A stretch of 64,000 bases of DNA, from the NCBI GenBank assembly GCA_035545015.1, contig DASZZD010000059.1, forward strand, positions 58,864 to 122,863, in the 5' to 3' direction. Below, piece after piece: positions 1 to 9,627 of this stretch (position 1 is the stretch's first letter; each line of letters opens with the position of its first letter). The translations under genes were made by a program, and so were the position numbers. Under the pieces are notes generated by a model. The model saw only the letters and a list, made by a program, of their open reading frames with translations. It had not been told where the DNA came from and searched no databases. The DNA is from Phycisphaerae bacterium. Lineage in GTDB: Bacteria > Planctomycetota > Phycisphaerae > WQYP01.

Positions 1-859
1 GCCCCACAAACGTCCCGCCGCAGATGAACAGGATGTTCGTCGTGTCCACCTGAATGTACTGCTGCTCCGGATGCTTCCGCCCGCCCTGTGGCGGCACATT
101 CGCCAGCGTCCCCTCCAGCATCTTGAGCAGCGCCTGCTGCACGCCTTCCCCGCTCACATCCCGCGTGATCGAGACGTTCATGTTCGTCTTGCCGATCTTG
201 TCGATCTCATCAATGTAAATGATCCCGCGCTGCGCCGACTCCAGATCGTAATCCGCGTTCTGCAGCAGCTTCAGCAGCAGGTTCTCCACATCCTCCCCCA
301 CATACCCCGCCTCCGTCAGCGTCGTCGCATCCCCGATCGCAAACGGCACGTTCAAACACCGCGCCAACGTCTTCGCCAGCAGCGTCTTGCCTGAGCCCGT
401 CGGTCCGATCAACAGCACGTTGCTCTTATCAATCTCCACCTCTTCCCCGCCCGCCGCATCCGCATGCGCCAGCCGCTTATAATGATTGTGCACCGCCACC
501 GCCATCGCCCGCTTCGCCGCATCCTGTCCGATCACGTACTGATCCATGAACTCCTTGAGCTGCCGCGGACTCGGAATCTGACCGAACATCGGCCGGCTTC
601 CGGAAACCTTCCGCTTCTCCTGCCGAAATATGTTCTGGCACAGCTCCGTGCAGTTCGAACAAATGTAAATGTCGTTCGGCCCCTCCACCATCGGCCCCAC
701 CTCCCGCGACGATTTCCCGCAAAACGAGCAGTTCGTCACCTTCCGGCCCCGAAACCCGCCCCCGCCGCCTCCGCCGCCCCCCACGCTCCCCCCGCCCGAC
801 CCGCCGATCGATCCGCCGTTCCCCACGCCGCCGCCGCCATTGCCCGGTTGATTCGCCAT
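1..859 (-). CDS. clpX: ATP-dependent Clp protease ATP-binding subunit ClpX (N-terminal ~285 aa; C-terminus lies beyond window start)
   Basis: Minus-strand translation gives zinc-finger CSFCGKS...CSNCTELC, Walker [20 protein letters not shown] and IYIDEIDKI; start MANQPG at 859, preceded by a ~35-aa Gly-rich leader. Confidence 0.9.
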   Translation of the reverse strand, partial: MANQPGNGGGGVGNGGSIGGSGGGSVGGGGGGGGGFRGRKVTNCSFCGKSSREVGPMVEGPNDIYICSNCTELCQNIFRQEKRKVSGSRPMFGQIPSPRQLKEFMDQYVIGQDAAKRAMAVAVHNHYKRLAHADAAGGEEVEIDKSNVLLIGPTGSGKTLLAKTLARCLNVPFAIGDATTLTEAGYVGEDVENLLLKLLQNADYDLESAQRGIIYIDEIDKIGKTNMNVSITRDVSGEGVQQALLKMLEGTLANVPPQGGRKHPEQQYIQVDTTNILFICGGTFVG

Positions 860-1027
860 GAAATCAGCTTCCTATGCCTGCGCAAGATGGACTGTGTGCG
901 CCGACAACGCCTCCCCACACGCCACGATCCGTTCCAATGTTCGCACGTGCAAAAAAGGCAAAGCCAGCGCCACTATCCATTTATCATAGAGTTTGTCGGC
1001 ATGGCCGTCCAACCGCGGCCATCTTTT

Positions 1028-4000
1028 CTACCGCTTACCGGTCATCAACGCCTCCACCTTCTCCGCCATCCCTTCCCCCCGCAGCCCCGCCGCGACAATT
1101 CGTCCGTGTGGATCGACCAGGTAAATCTGTGGAATCCCCAACGCATACGGCTCCACTTCCGAACTGCCCCACCCCGACGCCGCCGCCTGAACCCACCCCG
1201 CCCCCGTCATCCCCTCCTCCTTCACATATTCCCGGGCCTTGTCCAAATCTCTGTCAAACGTCACCCCCATCACCGCCAGCCCCTCCTTCCGCCCCGCCGC
1301 CGCCGTCGCTTTAATGTTCGGCGTCTCCTCCACGCACGGCCCGCACCACGTCGCCCAGATATCCACCAACACCCACTTCCCGCGCAACTCCGACAAACTC
1401 ACCGCCGAGCCATCCAGCGTCCGCACCGTAAAGTCCGGCGCCTCCTTCCCCACCTTCACCTCCCGCACCGCCCCCATCGACAACTCGCCCACATCCACGT
1501 TCCCGCCATCCTTCGAAACCACGAGGTGACAAATCGTTTCCCCGACCTGCGACAATCCCTGCAACTCCTCCGTATCCACATTCGCATCCGGCGTCCCCGG
1601 CGGCGCCGGAACCGAAATCCGCAGCCGCAACGAATACGTCCCCGGCGGAACATTCGTTACCCGAAACCGCCCATCCGGCTCCATCTCCACCAGCGCCCGA
1701 AACTGATGCTCGTCTGGATTGCTCTTGGGCGCCTCCGGATGCCGCACCAGCCACCCCATCTTCTCTCGCTCGCTCCACCGATTGAACTCCGCCGGCACCG
1801 CCAGCGCCGCACCCTCCGCACTCAAATGACTGTCCGCCCCGGTCCACTTGTCCGCAATCTCCGCTGGCACATCCAGTTTCCCCGTCACCGTCGCCCCGCC
1901 CACCCACTGCACCTCCGTCGTCTTCCCCGACGCAATCGCCACCGGCGCGTCGCCATACCCTAAATCGTCGCGCCACTGAATGTGCCCCTGCTGCACCCGC
2001 TGCATACGCCGAACCGTCAGCTTCCCCTCCGGCACCCGATCCAGCGTCGCCACGCCCGCATCGTCGATGGCCACTTGGCTCCAATCCATGCTCACATGCG
2101 ATGCCGACGCCATGCCGCCCGCGCCGCTCCACAGCACGAACAACGTGCCCCTCGACGGCTTGTCACCCGCCTCGATCTTCAGCCGCAACTTCCCCCACGG
2201 ACGCAGCCGAATCTCCCCCGCCTCAGACTCGCTCACCCACGCATACCCCTCATCGCCGCTCACCCACAACCAGGTGTTCTGCCCCTGCGGATCAAAAGCA
2301 AATCGCCCCGCCGCATCGGTCCGCGTCTGTTCATAGCCGGTCGCCTTGTCATCCCGCACCTCCAAATCCCCGCGCGGATCGGTGCGAGCGACAATCGCCC
2401 CCGAAACGGGTTGCCCATCCGGACCGCGCACGATGCCCTTCGTGGGAATACCTGCCTGTAGCGCCGCCGAAGCCGTCAGATCGCCGGTGTCGTCCGCGAA
2501 TGGCCCGACAATTCTGGCCACATGCCCGGCGGCGCGGATCCGCAGCCAATGCGCGGAACGGTGCATGAAAAACCACGCATTCATGACACCCTGGGAATCC
2601 GCCAGCACCGGCAAGCCGCCACTTCCGCCATAAATGTCCGGTCCGCTCACTTCCGTCGCCTGCGCATCCGAAAGTGCCGCCCCGGTCCCCGCGTCCGTTG
2701 CCTTGATGGTCACTTTGCTGACCGGTGCGCACATGATTTTGTTCTCCCCCTCCGGCGTGAGCATGACCTTACCCTTAGGCGGAAACATGCCTGGCGCATC
2801 GACATACACCTGCACCGCTTCCCCCGGCACTCCCGGCCACACGAACCGCCCGTCCGCATCGGTTTGTGTCGCCCAATCAACACCATTCCATGCGGGCGTC
2901 ACCCGCGCGCCCCCAATCCCCTTCCCCCACCGATTCACCACCTGCCCCCGCAATGGCTTGGACGCTGCCAGATGCATCGTCATCACGACCGTTTCACCCG
3001 CCGCCACGTGCGCCTTGATCACCTGCGCCGCCTGATCGGGGACCTGCACCGCGCCGCTTACCTCCCCCGGCGGCACATCTGTAAGTTCCACCTTGCCTTC
3101 ACGATCCGTCTTGCCCAGCGACTGTGCGCCGGCCATCCCATAGACGCACACGCGCGCCCCAACCGCCGCCGTTCCATCCGCGCGTGTCACGGCCATCCGA
3201 ATGCGGCCCGCTTGCTTCGCTACCAGCCGCATCTGCCGCGCCCGAAGCGCCGGCAACGCCTTCTCGCTCATGTCTACCTCAGTGGTCGGCAAATACCACC
3301 CATCACCGTGTACCGCCACATAGCAAACCGTCCCCTCTCCGATCGGACAGACGCTATGCCACATGCCTTGACCATCCGTCGTCACCGTCTCGTAGGTTTT
3401 GTCCTCCGCAAACGATCCCTCCTCCGCATACCGTCGCGCACGCCGCGCTTGAACGAGCACATGCGCCCCGCCCACCGCCTTTCCCTGCGCATCCACAACA
3501 ATTCCGCCGATTTGCTCCCCCCGCGAAAGCCGAACCTGCGATTCCGCCGGCAACGCCCGAATGCGCGGGGAATCCATCCACATCGTTTCCTGCTGAAGGT
3601 AGCCCGGTGACGAGGTTTCCATATCCCAGTCCGTCGGCTCGCGCGCCGGCAGCGGCACCTCCGCCACCCCGTCCGCCCCCGCAACCACCGATCGCGCCGC
3701 CACGCCAAAGCCATACTCCACCGTCGCCCCGCTCACCGCCTTGCCCGTCGCATCATCCACCACCGTCACCCGCATCTCCCGCTGCCCCACATCCGCCGCC
3801 CGCCCCGCCGCGCAGAACACCCACACCGCGACCGTCGCAACCGCCAGCATCGCGCCTAAACCCTTCACCGCCAGCGTTTTTCTGCCCATCGTCCGCCTCG
3901 CTCCCTTCGCCAATCGTAAAATCGCCGGAGCCGCACGCCCCGTCAGCGTCCCACTTGCCACGCGCCCCGCCAACCCCATCGGCGCCGCCTTCGCGCTCTC

Positions 4001-4561
4001 CGTCACCGCCGCCAGCCCCGCCATTGACCACGCCATCCCCTTCCTCGCCAGCTTCTTCCGCAGCCGCCCCAGCGCCCGTTCCACCTGCTTGCCCGCCCCA
4101 TCCTCCGACGTCCCCAGCGCCTCGCCCACCTCCCGCAGCGTCAGCCCCTGATAAAACCGCAGCAGCACCGCCGTGCGATCCCGCGCCGGCAATCCCATCA
4201 CCAGCACATCGATGATCCGTACGAACTCCGCCTGCTCCACGTGCTCCGCCGCACTGATGTCGCACGACCGCATGGACACCTTCCGTTCATGAATGCTTCG
4301 CCGGCGCCGGGCGCGATTGGCCGCCCGGGCCGTGTGGCACGTCGCGCGAAAAAGCCACCCGCTCACGCGCGCCCGCTTCATCCCCCTCGCCACGCGCGCC
4401 AGCAGCATGAATACCGCCTGCGTCACATCCTCCGCAGTCGCCGGATCCCCGGTCTGCCGGCGCGCAACGGCATACATCCACCCGCTATGCCGGCGCACCA
4501 GCTCATGAAACGCCTCGGCCTCGCCCGCGGCGTAACGGCCCACCAATGTCTCATCATCCAT
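1028..4561 (-). CDS. ECF-type sigma-70 factor domain fused to a TM segment, ~850-aa periplasmic beta-rich region and C-terminal TlpA-like thioredoxin domain
   Basis: ORF 1028..4624; N-terminus has sigma-70 region 2/4 (ETLVGRYAAG...LTLREVGEALG), then a hydrophobic anchor (LGAMLAVATVAVWVF) and a C-terminal WATWCGPC thioredoxin motif; start at 4561 (MDDETL) or 4624. Confidence 0.75.
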   Translation of the reverse strand: MDDETLVGRYAAGEAEAFHELVRRHSGWMYAVARRQTGDPATAEDVTQAVFMLLARVARGMKRARVSGWLFRATCHTARAANRARRRRSIHERKVSMRSCDISAAEHVEQAEFVRIIDVLVMGLPARDRTAVLLRFYQGLTLREVGEALGTSEDGAGKQVERALGRLRKKLARKGMAWSMAGLAAVTESAKAAPMGLAGRVASGTLTGRAAPAILRLAKGARRTMGRKTLAVKGLGAMLAVATVAVWVFCAAGRAADVGQREMRVTVVDDATGKAVSGATVEYGFGVAARSVVAGADGVAEVPLPAREPTDWDMETSSPGYLQQETMWMDSPRIRALPAESQVRLSRGEQIGGIVVDAQGKAVGGAHVLVQARRARRYAEEGSFAEDKTYETVTTDGQGMWHSVCPIGEGTVCYVAVHGDGWYLPTTEVDMSEKALPALRARQMRLVAKQAGRIRMAVTRADGTAAVGARVCVYGMAGAQSLGKTDREGKVELTDVPPGEVSGAVQVPDQAAQVIKAHVAAGETVVMTMHLAASKPLRGQVVNRWGKGIGGARVTPAWNGVDWATQTDADGRFVWPGVPGEAVQVYVDAPGMFPPKGKVMLTPEGENKIMCAPVSKVTIKATDAGTGAALSDAQATEVSGPDIYGGSGGLPVLADSQGVMNAWFFMHRSAHWLRIRAAGHVARIVGPFADDTGDLTASAALQAGIPTKGIVRGPDGQPVSGAIVARTDPRGDLEVRDDKATGYEQTRTDAAGRFAFDPQGQNTWLWVSGDEGYAWVSESEAGEIRLRPWGKLRLKIEAGDKPSRGTLFVLWSGAGGMASASHVSMDWSQVAIDDAGVATLDRVPEGKLTVRRMQRVQQGHIQWRDDLGYGDAPVAIASGKTTEVQWVGGATVTGKLDVPAEIADKWTGADSHLSAEGAALAVPAEFNRWSEREKMGWLVRHPEAPKSNPDEHQFRALVEMEPDGRFRVTNVPPGTYSLRLRISVPAPPGTPDANVDTEELQGLSQVGETICHLVVSKDGGNVDVGELSMGAVREVKVGKEAPDFTVRTLDGSAVSLSELRGKWVLVDIWATWCGPCVEETPNIKATAAAGRKEGLAVMGVTFDRDLDKAREYVKEEGMTGAGWVQAAASGWGSSEVEPYALGIPQIYLVDPHGRIVAAGLRGEGMAEKVEALMTGKR

Positions 4562-4645
4562 GCCCTGTTTCCCTGTCCCCATCGCCATGCCCGCTGACCC
4601 CCAAAATCCGACGCACCTTTTCAAAAATCGCGAAAAATTCCTATT

Positions 4646-5368
4646 TCAGCGATTTTCAAAGAACGCCCGCACCCACGCCGCGGCCGAATCCATCGCAAAC
4701 GGTTTGCCCGTCCAGCCCTCGGCAGTGGCAGCCGGAACGCTGATCGCCGCAATTCCCGCCGAACGCGACACCACCACCGCCGTCGCCCCCTCGCCCAGCT
4801 CCAAAGCGTAGCGAGCGTACTCCTTTTTGTGCAGACCCGTTGTCGCCCGCCGGGCAAGATCCTGCGCAACGGCCGACCATTGCTCAGCCCACACCACCAG
4901 CACGCGCTCCGCACGCCCCGTCGCCAGCAGCCGCCCCGCCGCCGTCAGCGCGCCCGCCACCGCATCCTCGGGCGCAAACGCCAGCGTTTCGCACGGCCCC
5001 TTGATGCCAAACGCAATCGCCACCGCCGCCGCGATGCTCGAATACACGCTGCGCGAAAACAACCGCGGCGATGCGAATTTTCCCCCGGCCTCAAACATGC
5101 TGTCGAGATACCCCACCGTCGCATCGATCGCCCCCCACGCGCTCACGCAGATCAATCCAATTTCTTCCCCCGAAACCTCCACCGAATCGCTCATCGTCCA
5201 CGCCTGATGGGCCGCCCGGATCGCCAGCGCCGCCAGACGTTCTTGCGCCGCCACCTTTTCCACGGGCAAAATGTCGCAGCCGGGCGCGTGGGGAGCCACC
5301 TCCGCGATCGCCGCCACCTCGTCGGTAACGATCCCCGCCCCCGCAAGATACAAGACCCGCTCCATCAC
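4646..5368 (-). CDS. Truncated beta-ketoacyl synthase-like protein lacking the TACSS active-site Cys (chain-length-factor/ApeC-like partner)
   Basis: 240 aa with KS-like GIKGPCETLAFAPEDAVAGALTAAGRLL but no catalytic Cys/His half; ATGA overlap with the upstream KS gene. Confidence 0.7.
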   Translation of the reverse strand: MMERVLYLAGAGIVTDEVAAIAEVAPHAPGCDILPVEKVAAQERLAALAIRAAHQAWTMSDSVEVSGEEIGLICVSAWGAIDATVGYLDSMFEAGGKFASPRLFSRSVYSSIAAAVAIAFGIKGPCETLAFAPEDAVAGALTAAGRLLATGRAERVLVVWAEQWSAVAQDLARRATTGLHKKEYARYALELGEGATAVVVSRSAGIAAISVPAATAEGWTGKPFAMDSAAAWVRAFFENR

Positions 5369-6618
5369 CCTTCCTCCCGCGCGAACACCAGCGCCGTGTT
5401 GTTGCCGCCAAACGCAAAATTTGTGGACATCACCGCGCGCAGAGAACGCTCGCCACCCGCGTATATATGGTTGCGCGGCACAGGAAGCCGCATCGCGGGA
5501 TCGCCATCCCCTTCCTCACTCCCCGCATTCGGTGGGATGCAATTTTCACGGAGGGCCTGAATGCACAGAATCGCCTCCACCGCTCCCGCCGCCCCAAACG
5601 TGTGCCCGGTGCAGCGCTTCGTGGAACTCACCATCGGCAGCGGCGAGATGTTGCCGAAAAGCGTCCCCAGGGCGGCGGCTTCCATGGCGTCGTTGTCCTT
5701 CGTCCCGGTGCCATGGGCGTTGATGTAACCAATGTCGGCAGCCTGCAACCGGGCCCGTGCCAACGCATCGCGCATGGCGCGAATCGCCTGAACCCCGGCA
5801 GGATCGGGAGCGGTGATATGGTAGGCATCGCACGTGACGCCAAAGCCGCGCAAATAGGCAAGGATCGGAGCGTTGCGGGCGCGGGCGTGATCCGGGTGCT
5901 CCAGAATCAGCATGCCGGCGCCTTCGCCAACGGTCATGCCCGGACGATGCGCATCGAACGGCCGGCAACCCTCCGGGGCCGTCACTTTGAGCGCGTGAAA
6001 CCCCGACAACACCACCCGGCAAAGCGCTTCACTGCCCCCCACCAGGGCAATCTCGCATTCGCCCAACGCAATCGCGTCCGCGGCCGCGCCGATCGCCATG
6101 GCGCTGCCCACACACGTCGTCAGGCACACCTCCCGCAGCCCGGGCGAACGCGCCATGCGGTGGCGCCGGGCGAGCAGTTCGCCCACTTCGTAAGGCTGAA
6201 GCCGGCGCATGAGGCGGATATCGGCGGTGTCCGGGTTCTGCCGATATTGCGCGGCGAAGCGTTCGTTTTTGTCCATGCCGCACACGGTCGTGGCGACAAA
6301 CAGGCCGATCTCCTCGCCGTCGCCTTCGCGGAAACGCTCGGGGAGGCGGGCGTCGGCGAGGGCTTCGTCGGCCGCGAGGCAGGCGAGCTGCTGCGTGCGC
6401 GACAGGGCGTTCCAAAGGCGCGGGGGCAAATCGGCGGGGCAGGGTAGGTCGGCGGCACACCGGGCGACCTTCACGGAGCGCAGCGGATGGCCGGCCTCAA
6501 TTTCGGGCCACGGTTGCAGGACGTCGCGGGCGGCGGCGACGCCTTGCCATGTCACGGCAACGCCGATGCCCTGGGCGGTGACCGCCCCCATTCCTGTAAT
6601 GGCCACCGCTGAAGTCAT
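5365..6618 (-). CDS. Beta-ketoacyl-ACP synthase (KAS I/II family, FabF/ApeO-like)
   Basis: 417 aa; Cys in TTCVGSAMAIG, His motifs INAHGTGTKDND and GHTFGAAGAVE, C-terminal NFAFGGNNTALVF. Confidence 0.85.
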   Translation of the reverse strand: MTSAVAITGMGAVTAQGIGVAVTWQGVAAARDVLQPWPEIEAGHPLRSVKVARCAADLPCPADLPPRLWNALSRTQQLACLAADEALADARLPERFREGDGEEIGLFVATTVCGMDKNERFAAQYRQNPDTADIRLMRRLQPYEVGELLARRHRMARSPGLREVCLTTCVGSAMAIGAAADAIALGECEIALVGGSEALCRVVLSGFHALKVTAPEGCRPFDAHRPGMTVGEGAGMLILEHPDHARARNAPILAYLRGFGVTCDAYHITAPDPAGVQAIRAMRDALARARLQAADIGYINAHGTGTKDNDAMEAAALGTLFGNISPLPMVSSTKRCTGHTFGAAGAVEAILCIQALRENCIPPNAGSEEGDGDPAMRLPVPRNHIYAGGERSLRAVMSTNFAFGGNNTALVFAREEG

Positions 6619-6624
6619 AAGGCG

Positions 6625-7677
6625 TCACTTCTTGATGCCGTACATGTCGGGCGTGGCGGGGAGGATGGTGATCGATTCGATGACCGGCTTGGGTCCCTTG
6701 ACGGTGCCGTTGTCGTCGGAGACGGGGGTTTTGGCGATTTCGTCGACGACGGGCATGCCGTCGATGACCTGTCCGAAGGCGGTGTATTGGCCGTCGAGGT
6801 TGCTGTTTTTGGCGTGCATGATGAAGAACTGGGAGCCTGCGGAGTTGACGTCCTGGGAGCGCGCCATGGAGAGCACGCCGCGATCGTGTTGTTTGTCGGA
6901 GAACTCGGCGGTGATTTCGTAGCCGGGGCCGCCGGTGCCGGCGCGTCCCTCGACGTTGCCGGTCGAATCGCCGCCCTGGATCATGAAACCTTTGATGATG
7001 CGATGGAAAACGCTGCCGTCGTAGAACTTCTGGCGGGCAAGATTGATGAAATTGTCATCCGTGTGCGGAGCGACGTCGTAGGCAAACGTGACCTTGATGT
7101 CACCTTTATCCGTTTTGATGACGGCATATTGGAGCGGAACGATGTGCAGCACCGTGGGGCTGTAGCGCTGCAGGATGTCTTTTCGCTGGGCGTCCGGCAG
7201 GCCGCCGATTTCATTCTTGAATTTTGCGAATTCCTTGGCGCCCTGGCCGGGGTTGTAGAGGTTTTCGATCACGAGGGGCTCGGCATCTTTCCAGACGAGG
7301 ATGTAAGTGCCGCCGGAGCGGATGTCGGGATAGATGTTGTCGAGATTGATTTTGGTGGGATCGGCGCCGGGCGTTCCCGTTTTCGGATCGACCTTCTGGC
7401 CGTCGAAGGTGTAGAGGGTGAAGGCGGGCATGCCTTTGTCGTCGAGCGCATCTTTCGCGGGAGTGTAACCGTCCTTCAGGGCGGAGGCGTCATCGGCGAG
7501 GTGCACCGCTTTGGTGGGACCGTTGTAGAAGCCGAGGAGGAGGGGTTCATCGGGTTTGTCGTACCATTTGACGGGAAGGACGACATCGGCGCGGGCGGCG
7601 GTGGCGACGGCGCCGAGCAGAAGGGAAGAAAAGGCCGTTGCGAGGAATGCTTTTGTGAATTTATGCCGGGCGAGCAT
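6625..7677 (-). CDS. Secreted cyclophilin-type peptidyl-prolyl cis-trans isomerase with ~170-aa N-terminal extension
   Basis: C-terminal HRIIKGFMIQGGD...FFIMHAKNSNLDGQYTAFGQV cyclophilin fold; signal peptide MLARHKFTKAFLATAFSSLLLGAVATAARA (start at second Met, 7677); 7-bp gap to the KS gene. Confidence 0.85.
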   Translation of the reverse strand: MLARHKFTKAFLATAFSSLLLGAVATAARADVVLPVKWYDKPDEPLLLGFYNGPTKAVHLADDASALKDGYTPAKDALDDKGMPAFTLYTFDGQKVDPKTGTPGADPTKINLDNIYPDIRSGGTYILVWKDAEPLVIENLYNPGQGAKEFAKFKNEIGGLPDAQRKDILQRYSPTVLHIVPLQYAVIKTDKGDIKVTFAYDVAPHTDDNFINLARQKFYDGSVFHRIIKGFMIQGGDSTGNVEGRAGTGGPGYEITAEFSDKQHDRGVLSMARSQDVNSAGSQFFIMHAKNSNLDGQYTAFGQVIDGMPVVDEIAKTPVSDDNGTVKGPKPVIESITILPATPDMYGIKK

Positions 7678-7895
7678 GAGGGTCTCCGGAAAAGAGTTGA
7701 TGTGAATGGGAGATTGTATGCGGAAAGTTGCGCAAGGGGGAGGCTGGCGACGGCGGAGTGCGTTGTGTGTGACGGTTTTGCGGGAACTCGAGCGACAGAC
7801 ATCCCACAATGCATGAAATCTTACGCAAGCGCTTCTCCTGAGAGGCTGCCACATGTGGTTGATACGAAGACGGAAGCACTTCTTGCGACGTTGCG

Positions 7896-9497
7896 TTAGT
7901 GTGGGGCGGCTGCGGCTTGTTTGGCGGCGGCGCGCTGGTAGTAGGCGTAGCGGTCTTTGCCGCCGAGGGTGGGCAGGTCGATGTCGTTGCCAAATTGTTT
8001 GGAGAGGTCGAGGAAGGCCTGGTATTGGCGGCAGAGGAAGGCGGCGTTGAGGAGGGCGCTGCGGTCCTTGAGGTAGAGCGGCCGGTCGTCGGTGAGGCGG
8101 GACTTGTCGGAGAGGACGACATTGTAGGCGGCGTGGAGGTCCTGCCAGACCTGGGGGTCCTGGTAGAGGGAACCGGGGGGATCGACGAAGCCGTTGAGGC
8201 TTTGATAGACGGAGACGATGGTGAGGGAGATGCGGTTACGGGGGGTTCCGGTTTTGATGCATTGGCGGCCGAAGGTGACGGCGTCGGAGGGGTCGTTGTG
8301 CCACTGGGGGGAGAGGTAGAAGGCTTTGTTATCGCAGGCCTGGAAGTCGTCGGGGTCGGCGAGCATGGCGCGTTGGAACCAGGATTCCATGGTGTCGTCG
8401 CCGAGCTGGAGGTCCATGGAGAGGCGGACCATGTAGTCGGAGGCGGCGGCGTCGAAGGGGTCTTCGTGCCAGGCGGCCTCGGCGGCGTCGCGGGCTTTTT
8501 TGCAGCGTTCGTCGAAGAGTTGCCAGCCCTGGTCGGAGACGGTGTCGGCATATCCGCCGCCGCGGGCGACCCAGCCCCATTCTTCATAGAGGACGGCGAG
8601 GGCGACATCGCGTGCGGCGGTATGGGGGAGGACTTGATCGAGAACGGGTGTGAGTCGCGGGATGGCGGCTTCGGGGCCGGGCTGGTGGACGAGGGCGAGG
8701 CTGATGGCGAGGACGTTTCGTTCGAGGCGGGCCTGTCCGGGATGCTCGGCGACGAAGGCGGGCAGCAGCGCCAGGACGCGGGCGAGCTCCGAGTCGCTGG
8801 TGGCCTTGACGGTGACGTTGGAGGGCCAGTGGACGGAGTTCATGCAGGAGAGCAGCCAGCGGTGGAGGATGAATTTGACGCCGTCGGAGTAGGAGGAGTT
8901 GTCGAGCGCGGCGATGGCGGGATCGAGTTGTTTGACGGCGTGGTCAAGGGCCATCTGCTCGGAATTGAGGCCGTCGATGACATAAGCGAGATGGATGGCG
9001 GGGTCGCCGGGCTGGATATTGGCGGCGGCCTGAGCATCGATGGCGGCTTTGAGGGTGGGGTAGTCGATTTTGTCTGCGGCGATAACCCGGAGGGCGGGTT
9101 CGATTTTGTCGAGGATCTGTCCGCCGGTGGGGCCGTTTTTGTAGGGTGTGAGGAGGTAACGCTGGGTCCAGGCGTCATCGCGTTTTTGGTCACTGGCGGA
9201 GCGCGCGGCGCGGAGGTGTTTGGCGAGGTCGGGGAGGTTGGCGGCGAGGACATCGCGGACGGCGGGGCCGGTGTCGGGGCTGGCGGCGGCTTCGACGAGG
9301 GGAGCGAAGGCGTCGGCGGGAAGCGAGGGGATACGTGCGGTGGCGCTGTCGCGGGAGTCTGGATTCTGGAGTTGCTGGAGAAAGGCGGGGGCGTCGAAGG
9401 AATGGTCATCCGGGGTTTGGGCGTGGGCGAGCAGGGCGAGAAGCGGGGCGAGGGTGAGGGCGAGGGCGGCGGCGGCGAATGGTGGCAGGGGTTTCAT
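7896..9497 (-). CDS. Hypothetical secreted protein (possibly DUF4034-like)
   Basis: 533-aa ORF with cleavable signal peptide MKPLPPFAAAALALTLAPLLALLAHAQ; non-repetitive composition; the opposite-strand 666-aa ORF is a Gly-rich shadow. Confidence 0.6.
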   Translation of the reverse strand: MKPLPPFAAAALALTLAPLLALLAHAQTPDDHSFDAPAFLQQLQNPDSRDSATARIPSLPADAFAPLVEAAASPDTGPAVRDVLAANLPDLAKHLRAARSASDQKRDDAWTQRYLLTPYKNGPTGGQILDKIEPALRVIAADKIDYPTLKAAIDAQAAANIQPGDPAIHLAYVIDGLNSEQMALDHAVKQLDPAIAALDNSSYSDGVKFILHRWLLSCMNSVHWPSNVTVKATSDSELARVLALLPAFVAEHPGQARLERNVLAISLALVHQPGPEAAIPRLTPVLDQVLPHTAARDVALAVLYEEWGWVARGGGYADTVSDQGWQLFDERCKKARDAAEAAWHEDPFDAAASDYMVRLSMDLQLGDDTMESWFQRAMLADPDDFQACDNKAFYLSPQWHNDPSDAVTFGRQCIKTGTPRNRISLTIVSVYQSLNGFVDPPGSLYQDPQVWQDLHAAYNVVLSDKSRLTDDRPLYLKDRSALLNAAFLCRQYQAFLDLSKQFGNDIDLPTLGGKDRYAYYQRAAAKQAAAAPH

Positions 9498-9627
9498 GAT
9501 CTCCTCCCGGGGCGAGAAAAGTGCGCGGAACGTTGGTCCCTTGGGGATGCAGACGTGTTAAAGTATGCCGCGGAAGGGATGGGGAGCAAGAGAATTCAGC
9601 AGATGCGTTTGCTGGAGGAGGTGTTGG

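Noticed and set aside
464-1963. 499-aa plus-strand ORF rich in Arg/Pro/His
   Set aside because: It overlaps clpX and the sigma-fusion gene in antisense and has junk-like RPH-rich composition; a typical GC-rich shadow ORF
4562-4645. Possible ECF-type autoregulatory promoter (GGAAT ... CGTC) upstream of the sigma-fusion gene
   Set aside because: Spacing between the candidate -35 and -10 elements (~23 nt) does not fit the AAC-N16-17-CGT rule; not supported
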